A stretch of 64,000 nt of DNA from Adineta vaga (taxonomy: Eukaryota; Animalia; Rotifera): assembly GCA_021613535.1 (NCBI GenBank), contig CP075494.1, positions 4,092,001 through 4,156,000 of the forward strand, in the 5' to 3' direction. Position 1 is the first letter of the stretch. Each line of letters starts with the position of its first letter. The position numbers and the translations under genes were made by a program. Positions 40,501-53,129 of the stretch are shown here, one piece after another. The notes under the pieces are model-generated. The model was given only the letters and a program-made list of their open reading frames with translations. It did no database searches and was not told the DNA's origin.

Positions 40501-40764
40501 TTCTTTTAGAGAGTAATTTTTCTATTTATAAGACAAACATGCTGATTCATTCCATGTCACTTTGAATTTGACGTTGTTACTGTCCAAATTTCTGGCAATG
40601 ACTTTTTTGATAGCACTCGCCTTGACAGTTTCATCGAGATCATGAACCATCAAACAGCGTTTATATTCTTCATTTTCTTTGTCAATAAAAGCTCCGGGTT
40701 TCTAAAACGAAGCAAAGAAATTTAGTATTTTTTTTTCGAAATTCATGAAACTTACCTTGTTCAT
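37535..40764 (-). CDS. RRM x4 / CCCH x2 / pseudokinase / conserved C-terminal domain protein
   Basis: About eight exons, spliced mostly in frame: hnRNP-A-like tandem RRMs (FIFDDYDSVDRIVLEK), RRM3 (IHVTSLPNDITGEELSKIF), CRSYRKGNCRFSICCRKKH and CVQPVGCRNTQCWYGH, RRM4 (VRISNFPPGVT), and a kinase fold with AYLR, HRNLTPSK and DFD. Confidence 0.82.
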
Positions 40765-41119
40765 TGTTTTGACTGTAGTAGTTTTCAATTACAAAGAAGT
40801 CGTTTACTGAAATTTAATGCGCTTTCTTTTTTGTTCCGCAGAACATTTATATGTCTCTGTTCTCTTTCTTCCAACTGCGTCACTGGGAAAAACTCTCACA
40901 TTAAATTCAATCTCAAGTAAATAACAATTCGTATTTTCATCCATCATCGATGCCCTGATAATTAAAACAATAGAATATTCCCTTGGCATCTTGAGGAATT
41001 GAGGGATAAAGAGAATTAACCCACACACCCACACTTTCTACATGTTTTTTGATTTAAATAGTTTTATTTTTAAATAATCAATTGTTGTACGAATAAAATT
41101 CTTTTTAAAATATTTAAAA

Positions 41120-43504
41120 TTAGTTCGAAAGATATGAATTCGTTTTGTAGCGAGTTACGTATCTAAAATAAAAGTAGAATGAAACATACAAGATCTCAAA
41201 ACAAACTAAAAAGATTTTACCTTGAATATTCGGTATGATCATGTTTTTTCCTGCTAATTGAATTAAAGTATTAAGTTCAATAATGAATCTGTTCTCAATC
41301 ATGCCAATTTGAACTTTTTCATTGAATCTAGCAACTGGAAGTAGAACAGTCACACCATCAATGACAGTCCCAATCGAAACTTTGATAACATCTGAAACGT
41401 CATCAATATAACAATGAAAAATAGTGAATAGAGACCATTGTGAACTAGAATGTGTACAACTCAATATATCCAAATGTTTCCTTTCGTGCAATATGTTGAC
41501 ATCATCTATCCATTGACAGCTATGAAATGACCAATTTAAATGATTGTCTACAGCATATTGTTTTATGAATATTTTCTTTGCTCGAGAAAATGCCTGTGCA
41601 ACTTGAGTGAAATCTGGTCGACGAATTAAAATTTGACTTAATTTCGATTGTGTTGCCAATTGTTCATCAATTGTATTATTTTGAATCATTTGATTATTTA
41701 AAATTGATTGCTGGTTCGATGTATCATCTATCAGCTGTAATAATATATTAAAACGATACTCTAACTGTTCAATTGTCCATTGTATGTCGGGAAAACCAAA
41801 TCCTCTATCAAATGTATCCATTAAATAGTGTTCTATTCGTGATTGAAAATCTTCAACTAAAAAAAACATCAATCTTTTATCCAAATCAATTATGTGTTAC
41901 CTTTGTTGACGAGAAATTTACTGATCAAATTTTGGAGGTTTCGGTAGCATCTTTCGTGTGGCTGTAGTCCTGATGCGGTACGAGCTGATCCTGGATGTTC
42001 TTTTGTCATTAATGTAAATAAAATAGCGCAAACGCTACTTGGATCGATCGTGGGACTTCGGCGTAATTGTTTGCGCTCATATTTTTCCAGAGTCGTCATT
42101 TGACGTAGAGCAAAATCAGATGCTTTGGCTAGTTGTGAAACACGACACCAAGAGTGACCAATATCTTCTTGAAGGTCTGTAACTGTTATGTCATTCATGT
42201 GTGAAGATCGAAATTTTTCCGATGATGGATCATTGATTTCTGTTCGCATATGTGCTAGGCCATAGTCAATGAGTGTGAATTTACACTGACTACAGATTCG
42301 ATTTAATTGGTGATTGTTACAATCGACCATAATATTAGCAGGTTTAATATCTCGATGAATAATTTCTTTTGAATGTAAAGATTTAATTGTTATCAACAGT
42401 TCTTGACAAAATCGAATTGAATCAATTGGTTGAATATCTATAGTATTTTTCTTCCAGTCATCGATCAATTGCATCAATGTAAGACCTGGACTATAGCTCA
42501 TGATAGTCCATAAAGGTTCTTTTGATTCTGATATTTCCTTTATAGAATCTGGAATATTTGATTCAATGAACTGAGAAACATTGCTCATACCTTGCAATGA
42601 AGAAGTAATTAAGCTATTTATTTATGTATAAAAGATGCATGAAGATGTATACCTTTAATGATTTTCAGAGCATTTCTTTCTTGCAAAGCTCTTGTTTGAA
42701 GCTTTCGTAGTTCCTTTGGATCCTTTTCTGTAAAAATATAAATTTTAATAACAGCTTCTCCCTCTTTGGGTGACTGAATTTTAATGATAGATCCTTGGTG
42801 AGTTTTGCCGCAGATGTTCGCATCAATAATAGTCCATTTTGGTGGAATAATTGATCGCAGTCTTTCTAAACCTAGTTTTTTTGGGGTATTTGTTTTTTCT
42901 AAATAAAAGTTTGTAAGTAAAATTTCAATTAGAAAACAATTGCACCATTCTTTTTGTTCCGCTTTTCTCGTTCTTTAGCGTCCGATCTCTTCGAGTGTTT
43001 ATCCTTCTTTGTTTTGGAAGTATTTTGACGATTCGATCTTTTCTGTTGATCATTAGGAACACTATCATTGTCAGAGGCATTCAATCGACAGGTAGAATTA
43101 TCTCTTTTTATTGTTTCATCTTCTTCTTCATCCGAATCTATTTCTAAAGAGATATTCTGTTGTTTTGGTTGGGAAGTAGCGGCCCTATTGTCAATAACTG
43201 ATAAGGTATCCGTTTCATCTCTATTCATCAAAATTTATTATATGTTTTAATTTTTGACCTTTAATCTTACTCTAACGAACTAGTTGAGTCGTGCACTTCC
43301 GAATTAGCCTGTGCATTGAATTTTTCAGCTGCGTTTTTAACATGTGAAGAACCATTCAATACTTCAGCAGACTCTAAATGAACCATACATAATGTTAGGA
43401 TTGGCGAAAGATTCATTTACTGATGTACTTATTCGAGAATCATGATCGCTTGAATTACGAGAACTTGATTTTTTCTGTTTCCTCGGATAGTTTGATTCAG
43501 CCAT
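41120..43504 (-). CDS. Ser/Thr kinase with disordered N-terminus and the same C-terminal domain as the neighbouring pseudokinase
   Basis: MAESNYPRKQ start, acidic and basic low-complexity exons, then AVIK, HRDIKPAN, DYG, RRSPTID and FDRGFG. The C-terminal domain aligns by eye with 37535-38053. Confidence 0.82.
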
Positions 43505-43603
43505 TCCTTCGTTAATACTGATATAATCTAAAAGACTGCTTGATTTAGTATTCAAGATAAAAATATGAATAGTAAAAAATATTCTTTATAAAGGATTAAA
43601 ACA

Positions 43604-46038
43604 TTACATTACTTTTAATTCATAAAAACTTATTACTCCTGTTAAACGACGAGTACCAAAACTATTAGATTCACTACTATCCAACGATTCTTTTGCCTCT
43701 ACTGTTGAAATGATCAAATAATTTTCTCCAAAAAAACGTGTGTATATATCACTTTCACTAGTAACATTCGAATCAATTTGTATGGCTTTATAGTTTTGAT
43801 CCAAAACGAAGAATTGATCTTTTTCACCGATTGTTAACCATTCTTTATCAGATAATTGTAAATTATGATAAAGAGTTAGCTCGGGTATTTGTATTCTCTT
43901 CAATAAAGTAAGATTATCATCAATGAGACGGAAATCAATAACCCAATTACGTTTATTTAAACGAACATTAAACGCAATGTATTCATTTGTTGTACTACAT
44001 GTTGTTCGACGAATTTCATCAGTATTTCCATAATTTAATATTTCTTTCGTCCATTCACGGTAGAGAAACATTGTTCTGATTGAATATTGTTCAATTTTGT
44101 TGTATGAATGATTGATAAATAGTTTATTATCATTTGTACATGAAATAAATCTTAATTTATCATTTCCTTGTGGTTTAATATGTGGTATTAAATTGATTCT
44201 ACCACAATTTCCCCTTTGATCGGGAGTTAAAACAAACAAACGATGTTGACAAAGAATTAGAAATTGTTGTAAAATCTGACACCATACTATTCTTTGAACA
44301 AAACCTGCTGCTCTATTTCCATGAATATATGTTGATGTACCGACTTGTTCAGCATTCAAATTAAATAGTTTCAATTTTCCATCTTCTGCAAGAAGTAAAT
44401 ATCGATCAGAAGTATCAAATACACCATATTGATTTTCGTCTGTCGTTAAATGTATTTGTTTGATTATAGGACTAGTGAGAACTTTTTCAATATGTACTGC
44501 AACATCACCTAAAATTGAAAAAAAAAGTATTTTACTGCACAAAATATCGACTGCCACACTTTTCTTTAGTTTTGATGGTTTTTTAGATTGAATTTCTTTT
44601 AATTTTCTTAGATCATTTGCTTCAATATCAATAGTTATATTTGCGATTAGATCATGTGCAGTTGGTCGTTCATCGGGTTTATGTGATATTAATCGTCGAA
44701 TGACTGATTTCTACCGGAATAAAAAACAAGGAAAATAAATGATAAGTGATTGCTTTCTATATTGTATCTTACCAAACGTTCATTGGCATATTTAATACAA
44801 AAATCTTCTGGAAATAGCGGTTGTGATTTTCGTACATCTGCAAGAATCTAAGAAAATCATACAAAAAAAAACTAAACTTCCAAAAGCACGATACACTCTA
44901 AGTGTTACTATTTCTCTAGCCTTGTTGTGTGGCAAGGGGTACAATAATTCAAATAAAATAATACCCATTGAATAAATGTCGAATTTATTGGTCAGAAGTT
45001 CTTCAGCTGGTGGCATGTATTCAGGTGTTCCTCGACGTTTTATTACATTGCCGTTAGATATCTCAACAGTTTCTATCATATCTTTTGTCATTAACGTAAG
45101 TCCAAAATCAGCGATTTTAACACAATCATCTTCAAACGAAAATAAGATATTTTCTGGTTTTAAATCACGATGAATCTAAACAGAATATTATAGAAATTTC
45201 ACGGGATTCTTCAAGACTTACTAAACGTTTTTCATCATGTAAATATTTGACGCCCTCGACAATTTGATAAAATATATGAAGTGCAGTAATACGATTCAAT
45301 CCGTTATTTGAACCATTGGTTGATCGTAGATGGTGTCTTAACGACTGTGATTTACATCGACTTGTAACAATAAACAGATAGATACTGGATTTTGAGAGTG
45401 ATGATGATGATGATGATGCTCCTGATTTTTCACTATTTTCTATAACTGAGTCAGTACTATTGTGACTATCTGTTGAAATTCGATCAGAATTATATGATGA
45501 TGTCGTTACTTTTACATCGTTGCTTTCACTTTGTGATGTTGACGAAGAAAATTGTGTTGAATGACTATAATCACTCGAATATCTATTTGATGATGATGAT
45601 GATGTATCTTCTGTAAATAATGATACTACACGACCATTATCGTTAACATTTAGAATTTGATCTCGTGTTCGATGGTAATCGCTTGATTCTTTCCATCGAT
45701 TATGATATCGTAAAACATGACGATGATCTAATTGAGAAAGAATCTTTAGTTCCTTCAAAACATTATCTTGATCGATTCCTCTACAAGTAAAAGAATTGGT
45801 GTAGAAAATAAATTTCTTTTAACATATATGAAATATACGCTTTGAGTTTAACACATTTGATTGCTACTGGGCAATCGGAATCTTTTTCTATTGCTCCAAA
45901 TACGATACCGTATCCACCTTTTCCAAGAAATTCATGATCTTTGTAATCCTCACAGAAACTATTACACAAGTAAATGAAAACTAAGCATTTTTAACTGGTT
46001 TATAGTTACGATGATCGAAATGTTTCATCTGTATTCAT
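43604..46038 (-). CDS. eIF2-alpha-kinase-like (PKR/PERK/GCN2/HRI family) kinase fused to a C-terminal beta-propeller-like domain
   Basis: FCEDY...LGKGGYGIV, AIK, ELKILSQLDHRHVLRYHNRWKE, a long Ser-rich insert before YLFIV..C, HRDLKPEN, DFGL, GTPEYM and DIYSMGIILFELLYP. A phase-1 splice joins the kinase to the 43604-44557 beta-rich ORF. Confidence 0.85.
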
Positions 46039-46949
46039 TTTGTTTGTAATGACTTCGTTATAACAATGCGATGTTTACTGCTAAAATATAAAAATCTTTT
46101 AGCAGTATTACATATACATGATAAAATGGTTTATGCGTCTACTATACCGGCTGTCTTCTGTGAAATTGGATGCTTTCACTTTTTTTTACTGATAAAGTGT
46201 ATTTTCTCGAACAAGCTTCAAGGTGACGCACCTCACAACGCTATTTACTTATTATTCGAGCAGAATAGCGTTTTTTTTCTGTCCTCTCTTTGGTCTGATG
46301 TGGGAATAATACGAATGTTTTCTTTCTTTCTGATGGCAACGAAGGTTGTGCTTTCTGCGGCGTTTCTTAATCGTAAAAATTCTTTTTTTTACATGAAAAA
46401 TGAATAAAACAATTGAGTTTAACATTTAATAATTACACAATTTTTTACTCGCCCGATGTTTAATTATCAAATCAAGCAAAATTAACACTGAATAGAACGA
46501 AAACACAATAAAAGTTTTTCTCTCTTAATAACTCTTTCTAAAAGAATTGAGATTTTCTCTTGATGATGTTTTGGCAGGATGAGGTTTCCCTCGTCAGATT
46601 TTACTAATGATACAAAAATAAAAAAATACACATATATTTTCATTCTCAACAAAATACAATGCGAATATTATGTATCATATGATACAGCTGTGATTAACGA
46701 TATCTTTTTGCCGAGGATGTGAAAAAGGGTAAATTAGATAAACAAAATGCCTAAGACACGCATTCGAACCAGGTTCATGATCATTTGTGTGAGGAATTTT
46801 TTGATAAAGAAATGAAGTTCTATATTTAGAAGAAAAAGAAATAAAAAATACGTCTTAAATTCAGCAGAAAATGAATAGCAGTCAAGATTAAATTTCTGTT
46901 CAGTCAGTATATGGTTTCATTAATAATCGAGATGATTTCTATACATTAT

Positions 46950-47730
46950 TATTAGATGAGAGAACTAAGGGTGATATAGTACACCATTACTTAATAAACT
47001 TGCTTTTCCTAACCAACAATAATCTGTTCCGTTTGGTCCATGAATTTGAATGCCAGTAAATAGAGCATACTGACGATTATGAAAATGTTCTACATCTTGT
47101 TTTGCATGGTGTTCTAAGTCAATATGGTGATTGTTTCATAAGCTGCCATTGCTACTTGAAATAAATCGGATACATTTTTGCATCGGTAAAAAGACCAGTT
47201 CTTCTCACCATATGTTTTTTAACATACTCATTTCCATATCATTTTCATCAAAATGAAGATTCAATTTATCTGAAGCAATTTCAACGGTAAACACAGCAAG
47301 AGCTCCACATACTGTTGTTTTCGCACTCATACCACTACGAGTTCTATAGATTGATCCAATACATCTTTCAGGATCTATCGCAATATGTGTAAAACAATAA
47401 TAAATAAATCGAGCATCATCTGGTGCATGATGATGTGCAGCTGAAAAAGCCGTATTACCACAAAATAGCATACTAGAGAAACAGAAAGTTAAATCATGTC
47501 TTTATCTATTCTTTCCACAGCTATCGCTTGATTATCTGTATCAGATTTGTATTTTTCATCATTATCTAAATTCAATAAAATGTTAGGTGTGTCAATCAAA
47601 TAAAAATGTTAATGTACTTGAACCATTCTTGACATTTTCCCGTCTTATCGTTACTTGTGAACGCCATCGATCTCCATAACAATCAAACTGTTGAACAATA
47701 GCCATTGCATATTTATTATTTTGATGTATG
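46950..47730 (-). pseudogene. LCIB/LCIC-like (limiting-CO2-inducible, beta-carbonic-anhydrase fold) gene, frameshifted
   Basis: MLFCGNTAFSAAHHHAP, THIAID, VCGAL, DMEMSMLK and YALFTGIQIHGPNGTDYCW; frame breaks; the N-terminal CRDE motif was not found. Confidence 0.72.
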
Positions 47731-48145
47731 CAATACTGAAAACAATATGACATTTATATTTCATTTTGATGCCCTTTTATTTGCGTAGGTTCACATTAAC
47801 ATCGCAACTGTTTTCTACTCGATTGTTCAATGAAATGTTTTTGTTGAATTTCTGATTATTTTTCTTTCGAAGGTAGAAAACAAACTGAATGTCAGTTTCA
47901 AGAGTATAAATATGACTATAAATTTATATAAAGACAACATAGAACTAGTATAGCAGTACTTGATAGACTAACAACCAAGTCATTATAATTCCTGAACTGC
48001 TGAATATCTTTTCTTTGAAAATACTCATCGATTGTTTAGTTTAAAAATGAAATGAAACCATTTGAGTATATATCTATGTCTTAATGCAACTTCAATTCAA
48101 CGAAATAATGAATTGTTAACATCTATCGAATCGCTTGGTTGAGTT

Positions 48146-49173
48146 TCATTTATTTTGAATAATTGTTTTCGTTGATCTTGTTTCTCTTCTAAAATTTGAT
48201 TTTGTACTTTTACGTCTTCTCTGTTCACTACGAGTAAAATGAATCATAGTTAATATAACACTCGTAGAGCCGATTGACATAAACATAAAACCAATACGAT
48301 GTGCGTAGGGAGGTGCACGTCTTATCGATAAAGCTTCTAACAGTATAAACGATGAGTAAGGTAGACCGAGTACAAGATAAGTTCCAATAAGAATTAAAAT
48401 ACGACGAATGAGTATCATTTGACGATGTACACGTTGTGTATTGTAAGCATATAAATCATCTAAAAGAAATATACAGTCGCTCTTCTATTTAGTTTCTTGC
48501 TAATACATAAGATGGACTATCAATTAGATTGTTTATACTTACAATCATATCTTTTTTTTGTAAATTGAACGATTATCCAGTATTGAATCACAATCAATGC
48601 CAATGGCAGTAAATAACTAACACAACAGAGATAAACAATTGTACATGTGTTTGTCATTTGGATAAGACATAGAAATTCATGTTCAATATAAACTTGATTA
48701 TTAGTCATTATGATTGGTAAGACTTCGAGAAATGAAAATATCCATTGTATTAAAATCGCATATAAATAAGGTTGTAGACTTTGAAAATATAATTGATGCG
48801 GATAAATTGCACCAACCAGACGATAGAATGCTTGAGTAACGAAACTATAAGCCAGTGAACAGAAGCAAATATGGGCTAAATATCCTCTTAACTGACAGAA
48901 AAATTGACTAATGAATTCTTCTATTTGATGTTTAGAAAATAAATTACAATATAAAGCATAGATTGCAATTGAACACATATCAATGGACATAATAAGAATG
49001 ACTAAACTTGAGTTACATGTAAGTATATTTGAAACTGTATGAAATGAACGATTGTAAACGATAATAAAGATTAGATATGATGCAAAGACAAAGGCCAGAA
49101 TAGAAAAAACAATGGTTATAATACTAATTGTAGAAAGAATAAAAAATGGTTCGTTGAAAGACGTCGAATTCAT
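48146..49173 (-). CDS. Orphan rhodopsin-like GPCR (two exons)
   Basis: MNSTSF start, NILTCNS, CQLRGY, QAFYRL, YLLPL and LGLPY; intron near 48460-48545. Confidence 0.85.
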
Positions 49174-51911
49174 CTTTCGACGATTAATTATTTTAAAACT
49201 CAAGTAAGTTTGAGATAGTGTAAGACTAGAAACGTTTACTCTACTTTCTCTTTGACGCGGCAATGTACAAGATGATAGTGTTATCTTTTCTAAACTTTTG
49301 TGTCTTATCATTTTTCCTACGCCATAATCATTAATATTTGATTTTCATTTATAAACTATATAAAATAAGACAGAGAGTTGAATTCTATTCTTGTCACATG
49401 TGCGCTTCTGACATATGAAGATTCGTAATTAATAATTCTGAAACATTTTCTAAACGTTGTACTCTTGATGTAAATCATTATCATGCTACTTTTTTTCAAT
49501 TGTATGATAGTGATTTCACTGAAAAGTCTATACTAAGAGATATACATAAGAAATATTACGGCATAGTTATCGTAAACTAGATTTTTATTATACAAAATAA
49601 ATCATAGATTCGTGAGTATCGTTATACTTGACATCTTCTTTAAATATAATCTGCTATATTATCTTAATTGCTAAAAAGTATATCATCATAGTTCACAGAA
49701 AGAAGTAATAGCGTGATATTTTAGAAAGATGCATGGTTAAAGTGTCATTTGCGTGAAATTTGAGGGTACAAGGATGCAAGTCTATTAAAAAAAAGTATAT
49801 GAGCAGATGTTGACTTTGAACATGAAACTTTCATATATATTTTCTTCATTACTCTTCTAATTTGGTTGTAAAAAAGTAGTGCAGCGATATATGAAAGTGT
49901 ATTGAAATATTTTTCTTATTTGTTTTCATTGTTCATTATTGATATTAATACTTGTATCAAACGATGCAACATTTTTTTATCAATTCTTTTTATGTGAACT
50001 GAAAAGACTCAACGAAAAAAAAATATTCTCTTAGTGATTGTTCAACATCGATAGCATTCATTTACATTAAAAAGTTTTTTAGTGAAATAAATTCCTTCAA
50101 AATCAGTCAGCACATGTTGTCTTTTATTTACTCTTAATACAAAAACTATTATTGACATTTCGAAATCATTGTCGTAAATCTCTATGTAGTTTCGTTAAAA
50201 AATTTTAATCAATATTTCTTACATAATCCTTTTTTTTTCAGGCAGTGAATAGACCATCTGAAAAGTAATTTGATAGCATATGTGTACGAAATAAATCTCA
50301 TCTCTTGAATAAAGAATACGTTATAACTATATCGTCTGATTTAATATGCATCATTATTTTATTTTAATTAGAACTTGTTGAAGATGTCGCTTCTATGCTA
50401 TACAGATCGATCACACTAAGTAATAATACATTTGGATTTGTTGATTCGAAAAACTGTCGATCTAATGAAGCTTCATTGAATGATGGCATGCAATCAAACA
50501 TACTATATTGTCTCATATGATCATTTTTTTGCAATCCAGAGAACATGAGAGATGATGTGATAAAATAGTTCGAAGCCTGATTTTGTAATCCTTGAAACAG
50601 TCGTAAGATGTTTTTGGGAGAAGATAAATTCAGTAGCGTAACTAATGTCCTGCATCGATAATCATATTACATATGACAGTGGATGACACCTTTTTATTTC
50701 CGTATCGATGATGATACATTAACTCCTTTCGAATTCACGTCCACATTCAAAGAATACAAATGTTGATAAACTGATTAGAATTATGATTCTGTCACATCGC
50801 GTTAGTGCAATCAATTAGAACATAACTTAGAATAAAACTGGTTATTTCTGTTTACAAAGTCATGCATAGAGATGTATTTAAGGAAATAGTTCGAATATGA
50901 ACGAGTATTCAATAATAGCTTTGCTAAAAATAATTTATTTCGATACTACAGAGCCTATTCCACTTTCATTGATCAATAATGTACACGAGATGACGAAAGT
51001 CTAAGAAATAATAAAATTAGCACTTTAGAAACTAATTTTTGCAGTGAGAATGGATATTTAATTAAGTTGTACAGCACAAAGAATTCTTTTTGAGTATCCG
51101 AATAATAACAGAATCGGTGTGTTCTGTCTGATCATTGATAGTGTTATACATTGTCCTAGATAAACAATATAAAGTGATTTGATGAAGAGGAACTAATTGC
51201 ATTCATAGTTCAGTAATTCACACCTTATTAAATATGGAAACTGAAAATCATGAGATAAAATACTCAGCATCATTAACTGGCAGCGTGGTTAACCAAGCGA
51301 AGGAAAAGGAGCGACCAATACGGTGCAGATCAAATACTTTCTTTTCTTTGCGAAGCGTCTCAGTTTTTCTACTCATAAATTTCAGATTGATTATTAGTTT
51401 TAAGATCGTCCAGAATGAGACTGCAACGCACAATTCAAATCAATTCCATTAAGCGTATTAACTCGTAAAAGTCGACTGTCTCCTTCCGAGTACATTGTAT
51501 TAATTAGTATAAATAGAAGCTGTAAATTTTTATACGCAATAGCAGATAGTTTCTCAGATAAAGATAATATGGCTAGATATAAATTGAAAAAGAATTATGC
51601 TAAAAGACCTGGGAAATATTAGAAAATAGCTTTTAAATTGAGTCCTTTTTAGATAAAATCTTCTTCTCAGTAATTTTTCTTGAAATATCCTTAGGATTAG
51701 TGCAAAACTATAATAAAAAATGATTGCTCTGTTAGTTTCGCGAGAAATCCTTTCGACTTTTAAGTGTTAACATCGCGTGCAAATATTACTGAGGATGAGA
51801 ATGTGACGCAGCTGTGGATATTTTCCACTTCAACACTCATTCTCTCAATATAAAAACTTTGAGCTTTTCATTTGCTTTTATTTCTAGATTATTTTCCTGC
51901 TACAAATAAAA

Positions 51912-52925
51912 ATGTTGGACGTTGCGTCTATTAATCGGATAACAAATGATCTAACACTTTACGGCAGTTTCATAATACTCATTCTTGGCAACACAGGATG
52001 TCTATGCAATTTCATAACATTTTCATCTAAACAACTGAGACAAAACTCGTGTGGTTGGTATTTTCTGATGTCGACTATAGCAGATTTTCTTTTTCTCAAT
52101 TGTCTTTTACCCACAAAACTGGCTAGTGATTATTTTGGCAACTCCTCAATCACTACATCACCCATCTACTGCAAAATGCGTACATATATTGGATTTGTGC
52201 TACCATCCATTTCTCTTGGTTATTTAGTACTCGCTGCGTTCGACCGATGCTTGACGACATCACAAAGCACACGTCTTCGCTCATTTAGTCAAATCAAAGT
52301 GGCATATCGTATGACATGTACACCAATCCTTCTATATGCACTTACCACGGCACATCAGCTCTACTATTATGATTTACGACCGAAATGTGCACCGCTATCT
52401 GGAATTTATTCTATTTTCATGTCGGCCTACAATATTGTCTGGACAAGTTTAGTTCCGCAAACTGTCATGCTCGTGTTTGGTCTCATCACTTTCTTCAATA
52501 TGCGAGCGAGCCGTCAACGTTTGATAAGCCGAGATGTACACCAGTTAAGTCAACGGCGAAGTCGAGCCGATGTTCATTTAATCACTATCGTGCTAATACA
52601 AGTGCTAACCAGTTCCATTTTGCTCAATATTCGAACAGCATACGCCTCATACTCAATACTCTCAACGAGTCTCGTCAAAGACAATCAACGACTTGCTCTT
52701 GAGTCATTGCTCTTACAAGTGTCAAGCTTAATTTTCTATACAAATTCCGCCAAGAGCTTTTTCTTCAATACACTCACGAGCAAGCTCTTTCGTCAGACTT
52801 TACGTGACCGTCTTCTGGCCTGTTTTATTCTTATAGCACCATGGAATACTCGTATTCATCCCATCATAAAAAGAAAAGTCGAATCGAATCAATTGAACAA
52901 TGTACGAACGATATTCGCTCAATAA
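51912..52925 (+). CDS. Orphan rhodopsin-like GPCR, single exon
   Basis: 337 aa with GNTGCLCN, CKMR, AFDRC and FFFNTLTSKLFR; upstream TATAAAA near 51849. Confidence 0.9.
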   Translation: MLDVASINRITNDLTLYGSFIILILGNTGCLCNFITFSSKQLRQNSCGWYFLMSTIADFLFLNCLLPTKLASDYFGNSSITTSPIYCKMRTYIGFVLPSISLGYLVLAAFDRCLTTSQSTRLRSFSQIKVAYRMTCTPILLYALTTAHQLYYYDLRPKCAPLSGIYSIFMSAYNIVWTSLVPQTVMLVFGLITFFNMRASRQRLISRDVHQLSQRRSRADVHLITIVLIQVLTSSILLNIRTAYASYSILSTSLVKDNQRLALESLLLQVSSLIFYTNSAKSFFFNTLTSKLFRQTLRDRLLACFILIAPWNTRIHPIIKRKVESNQLNNVRTIFAQ

Positions 52926-53129
52926 ACGAACAACAATGACTGCGCCAATATCGACATGCTCTTTATGTTAGTCTCTTAATTGTCTTGCTCCTTTTTCTCC
53001 CATCATATTTACCTAACCACTTGCTCAATTTTATTTTGCTCATTGAGGGCTTAATTGCATATGATGAGAATTAAATGTAAACGACGCATACCCGTCCTCC
53101 TTAGATCTCTTCTATGTATCATCAATCAT

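Noticed and set aside
50364-50700. Short minus-strand ORF in an intergenic region
   Set aside because: No family motif or supporting exon structure.
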